From assembly GCA_951406725.2 (NCBI GenBank), contig OX597816.1:174654001-174718000 (forward strand): a stretch of DNA of 64,000 bases, read 5' to 3'. Positions 26,601 through 38,009 of the stretch are shown one piece after another. Each line of letters begins with the position of its first letter. The first letter of the stretch is position 1. The notes beneath the pieces are model-generated. The model saw only the letters and a program-made list of their open reading frames with translations. It ran no database searches and was not told the origin of the DNA. The stretch comes from Octopus vulgaris. Lineage: Eukaryota. The position numbers and the translations under genes are program-made.

Positions 26601-26850
26601 GGGAAATAAAGTTCAAGGGTTGAATTTTGACTAAACTGCGAAAATTAGCATGAAAATAAAAGGGTAGAAGTAGTGATGATGATGGCTGAGAATGGCTAGT
26701 TAATTAGTAGTGTGAGGAAATAAGGACATGGGAGACGCTTGTCAGTGATGAAGAGTACATGAATATATGAAGTAAATAAAAGCAATTTAAAAATGAAAAG
26801 AGTAAATAAAAGAAATATAACAGGTACAAAGTGATAGTGATTTGTCGTAC

Positions 26851-27104
26851 CTGGCAATAAATGGGAGCCTGGTTTGTAGAGAACATATCCTTTAACTTAG
26901 CTGTATCCTTGAAGTTTTTTGGTAAACCATCGATAAGAAGACATTTTGAGTTCAACTTGTCATAAGAAGCCACCAAATTTTCCTCAATGAAATCACATGC
27001 CAGAAGATTATTCTTGTATTTCTGACAGTTCAAACCCTCTTTAATACAAGTGGACTTTTCCTTATTGTGGCAATATTCAAATATAGCATAATTTTTGCTT
27101 TCCC
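26851..27104 (-). CDS. RAVER1: Raver-like coding exon 4 (254 nt; end of RRM2, start of RRM3)
   Basis: Poly-T tract then ttttag|GG GAA AGC gives GESKNYAIFEY...LNSKCLLIDGLPKNFKD...APIYCQ (cf. GQSKGYGFAEY...LHSRCLCVDRLPPGFND...PTFCQ). Donor CAG|gtacga, phase 1/0. Confidence 0.92.
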
Positions 27105-28394
27105 CTAAAATTAGAAAAAAAAAAAAAAAAAAAAAAAATGAAATGACCACAAAGAAAAAAAGCTTAAGAAATTGAATGTGAAATCTTAACAGCAACCTTA
27201 AAAAGTATTTACCCATAGGTTTTAACTTTTACTTAAAAGAAAACCAAGGACCTGATAATAGTTTTCTCCTGTCTTTATTCCCATTTTGTTTAGCATGTGA
27301 CCCTAATTTTCGATTCATGACAGTTCTTGTAGTCAAATTACTTCCTGCCTGGTGATATTGCTTTTAGTAAGACCTCAACATTTTTTCATTTACAAATAAA
27401 CAAAAGAGATCTCTTCAAGTTTATATTATAATGGAAAGTCATCATCATTATCATCATCGCTAATCTTCCATAGTGACAAAGAGTGGAAAGATGACAGGAT
27501 CCAACAAGCCAGAGGACTGCATCAAGCTCCAATGTCAGCTTTCAAATGGTTTCTCTAGTTAGATGCCCTTCTTAATGCCAACCATTACCAATACATAGAG
27601 TGTACTGCGTGCTTTTTTCCTAATACAAACACCAGTGGGGTCACCATGAAACTTGCAAGACAAAGAAGCCCTCATGACTGAGTGAGGTTATAATAGAGAG
27701 AGAGAGAGAGGTGGCTTTATGCCAGGTATTGAGATGCTGAAGCAGCATATAGATAGACAGACACAAGTGTCTCACAATAGAAGAAATATAAGGAGTAGCT
27801 AGAAAGATAATGATGGTGGCGATGAGGTGTCAGAGCATACTCTCAAGGTACAAGAATGTGAGTTAGTATAATATAGAATATGGACAAAGAATCAGGAAGG
27901 GTCAATGAAGTTCTTATTAGAATATATTTTAAAAAGTATATATTAAAAATCCTTTTAAGTTTAATAAAGAAAATAAAATAACCTAAATTTTAAGCTGACT
28001 ATTATTGAATTAAAAACCCTACATTTGCTTCACTGATCTGAAAGCAAAAGTGAAGACGAAAACCTTAATATCATTGTTTCTTGTGCAAGACCGGCAGCTA
28101 CCATAAAACTAAGTAAAAGAGTATTGCAACAAATCAATGAAATCATTTCTATCATCCATTATTCATCCACATAGCCTTCAATATTATCAAACAATTCATC
28201 ATTTCTTTAAGTTGTGAATTATTACCATTCAATTAACACTAAATATCATGACCAAGAAAAAACAAATTTAATAGATAATGTAACTATAAAATCTAAGGCT
28301 AAAAACAGCAGTAACCATTAATAAATATACTACCAACAGAAACTAAAACATGAAATAGTTCAAATTATAAAAAGAACCCTAAAACAATACGCAC

Positions 28395-28616
28395 CAGTTT
28401 CTTCACAACGCATCAGAAAGAATTTTTCCATTGGTCCATATGTGAGCAGTAACTTATGAACTTCCATTTCCAAACAATCTTCAGGGAGATTCGTAAGACA
28501 CAACATTTTATCACTAGGGTGCAAACTAACAGTAACATCAGTGTCAAGTAGTTGTTTACCACTCAGCTGTTCCACAATCTCTTCAGCATCTTCACCATTC
28601 ATAAGAGTAACAATAG
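28395..28616 (-). CDS. RAVER1: Raver-like coding exon 3 (222 nt; end of RRM1, start of RRM2)
   Basis: ctttacag|CT ATT GTT... gives AIVTLMNGEDAEEIVEQLSGKQLLDTDVTVSLHPSDKMLCLTNLP...MEKFFLMRCEET (cf. AFVTLLNGEQAE...VQLQPTDALLCVANLP). Donor ACTG|gtgcgt, phase 1/1. Confidence 0.92.
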
Positions 28617-28723
28617 CTGTAAAGACAGTAATTCAAAAGAATGAACATCTTTGATGTTTACACCATTCAACAGACATCCTACAGAAAAAAAAAGTTTTAT
28701 TAATTCATAATAATGATCTCTTA

Positions 28724-28894
28724 GGCGCAGGAGTGGCTGTGTAGTAAGTAGCTTGCTAACCAACCACATGGTTCCAAGTTCAGTCCCACTGCGTGGCATC
28801 TTGGGCAAGTGTCTTCTGCTATAGCCCCGGGCCGACCAATGCCTTGTGAGTGCATTTGGTAGACGGAAACTGAAAGAAGCCTGTCATATATATG

Positions 28895-28933
<39 letters not shown>

Positions 28934-29143
28934 TTGTGTGTCTGTGTTTGTCCCCCTAGCATTGCTTGACAACCGATGCTGGTGTGTTTACGTCCCCGTC
29001 ACTTAGCGGTTCGGCAAAAGAGACCGATAGAATAAGTACTGGGCTTACAAAGAATAAGTCCCGGGGTCGATTTGCTCGACTAAAGGCAGTGCTCCAGCAT
29101 GGCCGCAGTCAAATGACTGAAACAAGTAAAAGAGTAAAGAGTA
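28724..29143 (+). mobile_element. SINE family A copy about 105 bp upstream of the exon 3 acceptor
   Basis: Full-length match to 1889-2305. Confidence 0.88.
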
Positions 29144-29346
29144 ATATTCAAACCATTCAATATTAATTTAAGGTTTACTGGTTTCAAACATTAAACTGTG
29201 ACTATGAAGGGACAGCAGATTCAAAGGTGTAATTGACTACATCAACTCCAATATTGGTTTTACAGAAGGCAAAGTGAACCCGAGTGACAACCAAATACAA
29301 AGTATTTTGCTGATACCCTACTAATTTTGCCATCTACCACCTAATG

Positions 29347-30282
29347 ACCAAAATAACGTGGTGGTGGAACAATGTTGTTGACAGGGCTATTAGAGAAAAG
29401 AAACAGGCTTGGAAGGACTGGAAGAACGGTGGTAGCAGGGAATTGTATCAGACTGTCAGAAGGGAAGCTAGGAGGCAGGTTTATTTAGCCAGAGGGGAAG
29501 CAGATAAGAAAAAATTTGCCAATGTTCTGCGCCGTGAGGATGAAAGACTTGAGGTATTTCATGTTGCAAGACAGTGTGTGGGAGAGAAATGTGTTTGCAT
29601 GGGTGATGGTTCACTTGCACTAAACGAGGCTGCAAAGAGAGAGGTTTGGAGACGCCACTATACAAGGTTGCTGAATAAAGAAAATGAATGGGAGAAAGAG
29701 AGTCTGCCGAATGTCGACCCAACAGAGGTACCTGCTATCCGAGTTGACAGTACTTTGGCAGATAAAGCAATTAAGAGTATGAAGACAGGGAAAGCCCCTG
29801 GCCCATCAGGAATCACTGCAGAGATGATCAAAATATCTGGCAGTGTTGGCTATAGTCTAGTCACCCATATAGTTAACCAGGTGATACATGAAGGTGTCAT
29901 ACCCAATGACTGGTGTAGCAGCACTATAGTCAAGTGCTAGAAAGGAAAAGGTGACGCTTTAGATACAAATAATTACAGAAGTATCAAGTTGTTAGATCAG
30001 GTAATGAAGATCACGGAGAGGGTCATAGCCCAACTAGAGATGCAGGTTGGGTTTGTGCCAGGGAAAAGCACCACTGATGCTATATTTCTGGTAAGACAGC
30101 TGCAGGAGAAATACCTAGCCAAAGATAAACCTCTGTACCTGGCTTTTGCTGACATGGAGAAAGCCTTTGACAGGATCCCCCGATCCCTTATCTGGTGGTC
30201 AATGCGGAAACTAGGGATAGACGAGTGATTAATGAGAGCTATACAAGTCATGTTCAGGGACGCTGTCAGTAAGGTGAGGGTT
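29347..30282 (+). mobile_element. RTE LINE internal fragment (tether and N-terminal half of RT), with stops
   Basis: WWWNNVV...KAPGPSGITAEM...NYRSIKLL...GFVPGKSTTDAIF..RQLQEK...AFADMEKAFDRIPR. Confidence 0.92.
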
Positions 30283-30716
30283 TTTATTTTAATGTTTTCG
30301 TTTCTCATTGTGTTCAACGTTTGTTTGATGTCCTGTACCCATATTTGCATGTATATATACATATAGATGTAGGTATGTACATATATGTATGTATATATGC
30401 ATATATTTATATATTATCTATATTATTATATGATCGAATGCCACGCATCCTTTTTGAAGTAAGTTTTTTTATATATATGCATGTATATATATATATGTGT
30501 ATATTTATGTATATATAGATATGTATATAAATGTATGTATATATATATAGACGAGTGATTAATGAGAGCTATACAAGCCATGTTCAGGGACGCTGTCAGT
30601 AAGGTGAGGGTTTTTATTTTAATGTTTTCGTTTCTCATTGTGTTCAACCTTTGTTTGATGTCCTGTACCCATATTTGCATGTATATATATACATATAGAT
30701 GTAGGTATGTACATAC

Positions 30717-30720
<4 letters not shown>
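30217..30720 (+). repeat. ~170 bp direct duplication (30217-30390 and 30547-30720) spanning the RTE truncation junction
   Basis: atagacgagtgattaatgagagc...gtaggtatgtacata occurs twice with few mismatches. Confidence 0.9.
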
Positions 30721-30763
<43 letters not shown>

Positions 30764-30779
30764 GGTATACATATAATAT

Positions 30780-31185
30780 ATCATCATCATCATCATCATC
30801 GTTTAGCGTCCGTTTTCCATGCTAGCATGGGTTGGACGGTTCTACTGGGGTCTGTGAAGCCAGAAGGCTTCATCAGGCCCAGTCAAATCTGAATGGTTCA
30901 ACTGGGGTCTGGAAAGCCAGGAGGCTGCACCAGGCCCAGTTTGATCTGGCAGTGTTTCTACGGCTGGATGCCCTTCCTAACGCCAACTACTCCGAGAGTG
31001 TAGTGGGTGCTTTTTACATGCCACACGCACAGGTGCCAGACAGAGCTGGCAAACGCCCACGAACGGATGGTGCTTTTTATGTGCCACCGGCACGAGGGAC
31101 AGGCGAGGCTGGCAATGGACACGAAACGGGGCGGTGCTGGCAACGGTCGCGAAACGGAAGGTTCTCTTACATGCCACCGGCACTG
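30780..31185 (-). mobile_element. RTE 3' UTR/tail copy
   Basis: (CAT)n tail plus body, with a small internal duplication at about 30890-30940. Confidence 0.85.
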
Positions 31186-31216
31186 AAAAATATATATACA
31201 TAAAATATATAATATA

Positions 31217-31768
31217 AACCCCGCCTCGAATGGCTTCTGTGCCGGTGGCACATAAAAAGCACCATCCGAACGTGGCCGATGCCAGCACCGCCTCGACTGG
31301 CTTCTGTGCCGGTAGCACATAAAAAACACCAACCGATCGTGGCCGTTGCCAGTGCTGCCTCGACTGGCTTCTGTGCCGGTGGCACATAAAAAGCACCATC
31401 CGAACGTGGCGATGCCAACCCCGCCTCGAATGGCTTCTGTGCCGGTGGCACATAAAAAGCACCATCCGAACGTGGTCGATGCCAGCACCGCCTCGACTGG
31501 CTTCTGTGCCAGTGGCACATAAAAAGCACCATCCGAACGTGGCCAATGCCAGCACCGCCTCGACTGGCTTCTGTGCCGGTGGCACGTAAAAAACCACCCA
31601 CTACACTCACGGAGTGGTTGGCGTTAGGAAGGGCATCCAGCTGTAGAAACACTGCCAGATCAGACTGGAGCCTGGAGCAGCCCCTGGCCCCCCAGACCCC
31701 GGTCGAACCGTCCAACCCATGCTAGCGCGGAAAACGGACGTTAAACGATGATGATGATGATGATGATG
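31217..31768 (+). mobile_element. RTE 3' UTR/tail copy with an array of about 5.5 units of 67 bp
   Basis: Unit gcctcgactggcttctgtgccggtggcacataaaaagcaccatccgaacgtggccgatgccagcacc starts near 31223, 31290, 31357, 31423, 31490 and 31557; (GAT)n tail. Confidence 0.9.
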
Positions 31769-31802
31769 AAATCATCATCAAATGATGATGATGATGATAA
31801 TT

Positions 31803-31833
<31 letters not shown>

Positions 31834-31849
31834 TTTTTAAATTGTATAT

Positions 31850-34775
31850 ATCGTATGGGCAGTGGGCAGGTCCTTCTGGTCCTGTATGGGTAGTGAGACG
31901 TCCCCACCCTCCAAGAGTCTCCCGCTGCCTTGGAGGTAGGTTTCTTTGGTTAATCAAAGGCTAGGGTGTAAACCGTATCCAAATCTGGAGTGGAGTCCCT
32001 AAGGTGGTTAGGTGATGAAGTCCATCATCTCTCCGGCAGCGCCTGCAGTCCAGTCGTGGCTAGGATGTGTTGTCCTGCGTCCCTCTTGGCTAGATCAGCT
32101 GGACTGAGTGGGGGGGGGGGGGTCCTGAGCTTGGGCAACCCAAGGCCTCAGTTCTCTTGCCCAAGATTCAGTGACTCCACCCTCTCTACTTTTTCTTCCA
32201 AGTCCTGACACGGTGGACGAGTGGTGACGGTGACAGATGCAGGGAGCTGCAAGCCATGAACCTGCACTGGCAGGATGGTCATTGTGTAGCCAACAGGGGC
32301 AAGGGCATGGTTTGGCAGCCACTCTGACAACAGAGCAGCCCTCCTTAGGGAGAAGGATCTAGAAAAGGTGACCTAGAAAAGGTGCCTCATCTCATCCTGT
32401 CAGCATACCGCAGCTGACTGGTCATCTACCACGCAGTCAAAGCGAAAGAACAACCCAAAATCCTCCCACCAGAAAAGCACTTTATGTGTTGGAGCCTGGA
32501 ACATCAGGTCACTCATGGACAGCCAAAACTGTGACAGACCAGAACGTCGAACAGCACTTGTGGGTTGTGAACTGCAGAGATACAGCATTGATGTTGCTGC
32601 CCTCAGCAAGACATGCCTTACCAACACAGAGGAGATCACTGAGGCTGGAGCTTGATACACTTTCTTTTGGTCAGGGAAGGCACCAGATGAATGCAGGGAA
32701 GCAGGAGTTGGCTTTGCCATTCACACTGCCCTCGTCAAGAACCTGGAGTCCCACCCAAGAGGAATCAGCAACCGCCTGATGGCGATGAGAATTTCTCTCC
32801 AAGGCAAGATGCACCTGACACTCATCAGTGCTTACGCCTCCACCACGACCTACACTGTGGAGCAGAGAGAACTATTCTATCAGAACCTCACCAAAGTGCT
32901 ATGGTCAGTTCCTAAAGATGACAAGCTGCTGATACTCGGGGACTTCAATGCCCGTGCAGGCAGAGATGCCCAGTCTTGGCCAGATGTCATCAGACATGAG
33001 AATACCAATGGTCAACTGCTACTCACCTTCTCTGCTGAGCAGAGACTCACCATCACCAATACCCTGTACCAACTGCCTGACATCAACAAAGCTACCTGGA
33101 TGCCCCCAAGATCCAAGCATTGGCACCTGATTGACTGTGCTCACCAGGCGCCATGACATCCAGGATGTTCGTATCACTAGGGCAATGAGGGAAGCTGACT
33201 GCTGGACAGATCACCTGCTGTTGAGGTGCAGACTGTTTTTTTCCATCATCAGCAGACACAGACACCAGAAAGCTGATGTTAAAAAGAAACTGGACATCCA
33301 GAAATTCAATGAACCCAAAACAAAAGAGACCCTCATTGCTAACCTTGATCATCTGCCAGCAGAGGGAAACCTTGAGAAGGCCTAGGATGCAGTGTATGAC
33401 TCCGCCAGCCTTACCGTTGACTACACAAAACGGAAACACTAAGACTGGTTTGACAACAACAAGGAGATCACCACCACCCTCCAAGAGAAGAAAGAAGCCT
33501 TCACTGCCTGGCTCAATGACAAAGACTTCCAAGCCAAGCACGACCACCTCAAGAACATCAGAGGAAAGGTGCAGACTGAGCTGCGACAGATGAAAGACAA
33601 GTGGTGGGAAAACAAGGCTGCAGAACTACAGCAATGTGCAGACGAGCACAACTCCAAGAAGTACTTTGCCGGCTTGAAACACATGTATGGTCCCACACTA
33701 AATGCAATGGCACCTGTGCACTCTACCAATGGAACCCTGCTTACTGAGAAGAGCAACATCATACAGTGCTGGAGTGAACACTTCAGTCAGCTGCTAAACA
33801 GACCTTCCCAGATTGACCAGCAGGCTATCCAAGACATGCCACAGCACCCAGTCCTGATGTTGCTTGATGACCCTTCCCCTGACACTGGCAGAAATCCATA
33901 AGGCCATCAAGCAACTACACGTGGGGAAAGCACCTGGTCCTGATGGGAGTACCCCCATAGATCTTCAAAGAGGGAGGTGAAGCTGTTGCCATCAAGTTGA
34001 CTGAGCTGATACAGCAGTTCTGGGATGAAGGGTCAGTGCCACAGGACTTCAATGATGCCAACATCGTGCATCTGTACAAGAACAATGGGGCAGAGCTTCA
34101 TGTGACAACCACAGAGGCATCTCATTGCTGACACCTCCTGAGCCTCAGATTGAGGGCACAACTCTGAACAACGTGGAGAGCTTTACAGGGAAGCTGCCCG
34201 TCCTCAAACTTCAGCATGGACAAAGATGTCTCCATGAAGCTTGCAAAAGCAAGAGCTTCGTTTGGCAAACTTTGGACACGTATGTGCGCTGAATGAAGTA
34301 TCAGACTTTCCACCAAGCTGGCAGTCTATAAGGCAGTCGTCATCACCTCTCTGCTCTATGGCTGTGGGACGTGGATGCTGTATAGGAGGCAAATGTGAGT
34401 ACTTAACCAGTTCCACCTTCACTGCTTGCAACGAATCATTGGAATTTCCTGGGAGGACAGTCTACAACACTGAGGTGCTTCACAGAGCTGAAATGCTCGG
34501 GATCAAAGCCCTCATCATGAAGGCCCAGCTCTGGTGGGTCGGACATGTAGTCCGAATGAACAACACATGTCTACCAAAGATGATGATCTTCTCTGAGCTG
34601 GCTTCTGGAGCAAGAAACCCTGGAAGGCCACTGAGGCGATACAAGGACAGCCTGAAAACTTCCCTTGAGGCGTGCAGCATTTCAGCCCGTGGCTGGGAAT
34701 CGCTTACGTCTGACCGCGGCGCCTGGCGTCCAACTGTATAAAAGAGTGTTAGGCTGTTCGAGGAAATGCGCTGTG
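31850..34775 (+). mobile_element. Near-5'-complete RTE LINE of a second family: 5' UTR, APE endonuclease, internally deleted RT, C-terminus; pseudogenised
   Basis: VGAWNIRSL, GVGFAI, LISAYA, LILGDFNARAG, WHLID, CWTDH (APE); KAPGPDG; QLWWVGHVVRM...GRPLRRYKD. Frameshifts and stops; RT core missing near 34130. Confidence 0.93.
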
Positions 34776-35289
34776 TTCTTTCATTAATTGAAAATCATTT
34801 TGTGCAAACCATCTTTTTTCTTCATTGAATGTAATCTCTATTTCCTTACATGAAGGAATCTGCTTCACTTTTTATGGGTCTATATATTTATTTACCTAAT
34901 TCTATTCTCTTCAATAATATGAGAATTTTATATTACAGCAGAACCTCACAGTACGTGTGCACCATTGTATGGGTAATTGGCTGTACGAGCCGAGGCTTGT
35001 GTGAATATTTGTTTTGAAGTACAAATGGAAATCTGCAGCAATAGACTCAAAATCCCACCAAAAATTTTTCTTCCTGAAGTCTTAATGCAAGGAGATTCTC
35101 TTTCCAAACAGTAATCCTCATCTTCCTTGCACACATACCGTCCCATCTTTCAGGTAATTCAGTTAATAAAACCAGTTTACATATTTCTTTTGCATTCTCT
35201 TTTTTATAATTGTCATTTGACTTGTAACTACACCTTTTCTGTTTTAAAACCTATGAAAATTATTTTGGGGTGGTTGGGGGGGGGGGGGG

Positions 35290-35404
35290 CTAGAATGGAT
35301 TAATTAGATTCCAGTTAATTTCAATGGGGAAAACTGGTTTGTAAAATGAGTAAATCGTAAAACGAGCTCGGAGCGAATTAAACTCGTACTGCAAGGTATC
35401 ACTG
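35290..35404. mobile_element. Tigger/pogo-like transposon end
   Basis: ...gaattaaactcgtactgcaaggtatcactg|TA resembles pogo/Tigger termini; partner end not found. Confidence 0.45.
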
Positions 35405-36066
35405 TAATTTTGTTTGTGATCTATCTTTTTATTTTCTCTTGAATCAAGGCATATATATTCTAGCAACATTAATTATACAATGAAAGATTGCTGCCTATAT
35501 TACCTAATCATTTCAAATTACTAAGCTTCATGTTTGATATTACAACTAATACTTGTTATTTAGATAATTAACCTACTGATACACTGTTGCTATCATTGTC
35601 ATTGTCATTACAGTAGGGGAATTTGTCAGGGAGACAATTTATATATCTATAGAATTTTGTTCAATTGACTCTGCTTCCAAGATTTATTTCTATAAGTATC
35701 AATAACATTGGAAAAGTAGTATAGATATGGCCTTTGAAATTTTACTTGGGTTTAATTTACTCTTTTAGTTACCTGTCTGTTGAGCTGTAGAGATAGTGCC
35801 CAGCAGCAATAACATCTCATAGCAGTAAAACCACAAACCTGTTCAGGTTAAGCTAATGAAGCAAAAGGGAAAACTGTATTGTACACACACAAACAAACTT
35901 GTGACTAAATATAAACATACAGGTATGAATATTAAAATTCTTGAGTTGTAACTTTTCCAAAATCAACATGTATTATTTTAAATGGTTTTCATAAAATTCC
36001 TAAAATTGAAAAAGAAAAAAAAATTTTTTTAATTATAAAGAAAGGAATGAAACAGCAGCAACATAC

Positions 36067-36133
36067 CATGACGAGATTTCTTGCTGATTACAATGTTGGA
36101 AATGCTATGTCCACCAATGAACTCTTTTACTTC
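36067..36133 (-). CDS. RAVER1: Raver-like coding exon 2 (67 nt, EVKEFIGGHSISNIVISKKSRH, RRM1); not in the ORF track
   Basis: Acceptor ctttcag|GAA after a pyrimidine tract, donor CATG|gtatgt. Phase 0 in and phase 1 out, exactly bridging exons 1 and 3. Aligns without gaps to Raver [22 protein letters not shown]. Confidence 0.85.
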
Positions 36134-36733
36134 CTGAAAGTGAGAAATAGAGTAAGCAGAGAAAGAACATGAAGCAGCTTAAACACAAATTTGACAAAAT
36201 GATAATACAAAAAACATTTTCTAAATCATTGTAACAGCAAATGCTCCAAAGAAAGAAACATCGTCCACTAGTAAGATATATTTTGCCTTATATGGCTCAC
36301 TTGAGTAATACAAGTTAAAATATAAAATATTACAAGAACTGTTAAGATTATAATAATTGTTATAATAGGGGCATAGTTATGGTAGTTCACTTCCCAACCA
36401 CATAGTTCCAGGTACAGTCCTACTGCACAGCACCTTAGATAAGTGTCCTCTACTATAAACCTGGGCTAACCAAACTGCATTAATTTGGTGGAAAAAACCC
36501 AAAAGAGGCTTATCATTTGTGTGTATGTGTTGCTTACATTTGCAACACAGTGACAACTGTGTTCAGCTTTATTTTCTAACCATTTGTTGTGTTTTTGAAG
36601 TTTTTCTTGCAACTTCTTTGTAAGTAACAAGGTAGACTTTTGATTTCTACACATTCGGTCAATGATATTTCTGACTGATAGTATCAGAATTTTAATCATA
36701 TCAAATTGTGTTAATGATACAAGTTTTGGTATT

Positions 36734-37700
36734 TCATCATCATTGTTTAACATCTGCTTTTCATGCTGGCATGAGTTGGACAATTTGACTAAGGACTGGT
36801 GAGCCAGATGGCTGCACCAGGCTCCAATCTGATCTGGCAGAGTTTCTACAGCTGGATGCCCTTCCTAATGCCAACCACTTCGAGAGTATAGTGGGTGCTT
36901 TAACGTGCCACCAGCACAAAGGTCAGTCAGGCGGTACTGGCAACAGCTACACTCAAATGGTGTTTTTTATGTGCCACCTGCACAGGAGCCAGTCCAGGGA
37001 CACTGGCAACGACCTCACACCAATATTGTCTTTCAAGTGCCAGTAAGGCAACGCTGGTAACGATCACACTTGAATGGTGCTTTTTACGTGCCACCGGCAC
37101 GGGGGGCCAGGCTGCGGCCCTGGCAACAATCACGCTTGGATGCCAGACATGCGGTGCTGTCATTGAATTTGATTTCGATTTCACTTGTCTCAACAGGTCT
37201 TCACAAGCAGAGTTTAGTGTCCAATGAAGGAAAGGTATGTGTAAGTGGGCTGGTTACACGCCTGGCATAGGCCATGGGTTATGGTCTCACTTGGTTTGCT
37301 GGGTCTTCTCAAGCACAGCATATTTCCAAAGGTCTCAGTCACTAGTCATTGCCTTGGTGAGGCCGAAGGCCTAATGTTTGATGGTCGTGCTTCACCACCT
37401 CATCCCAGGTCTTCCCTCAACTGCTAGGGTGTGGCACTTTTTTTACACAGCTATCCTCATCCATTCTCGCCACATGACCATACCAGCACAGTCGTCTCTC
37501 TTGCACACCACATCTGATGCTTCTTAGGTCCAATTTTTCTCTCAAGGCACTTACACTCTGTTGATTATGCACACTGACATTACACATCCAGCAGAGCATA
37601 CTGACTTCATTCCTTGCAAGCTTACGCATGTCCTCAGCCGTCACAGTCCATGTTTCACTGTATGTAGCATGGCTGTTCATGCACATGCGTCATACAGTCT
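36734..37700 (-). mobile_element. RTE LINE 3' fragment: RT C-terminus, repeat-containing 3' UTR and tail
   Basis: ORF 37686-37417 (SETW...MLCWMC...RLCWYGHVARM) is contiguous with the tail family, which links that family to RTE. Confidence 0.88.
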
Positions 37701-38009
37701 ACCTTTTACTCTGGGCGAGAGTTACTAAAATTGATTTGACAGTAAGTATTATGAGAACAGTTATGTTTCCAACCAATATTTCCCTGATTACATGTTATGT
37801 TATACAACAAAGGTTACATGTGTGATAACTGGGAAGTTGTTTGTCCAACTACCAAATTCATAGAGTTGACAACTTTCTATTACACAAAATAAATGAATGA
37901 TATATAACTTATTTGGGATCTATTGATGAAATTACAAGATTAGTTGTTTTCATAATATTTACAATTTTTATTTGACCTTTTTAAATCAACTATTATTGCT
38001 TGTTTAACC

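Noticed and set aside
30958-31715. ORFs of 182-206 aa, and a CRISPR-like look of the 67-bp array
   Set aside because: The ORFs come from stop-poor tandem repeats; the units have no unique spacers, no cas genes are present, and the context is a eukaryotic LINE UTR.
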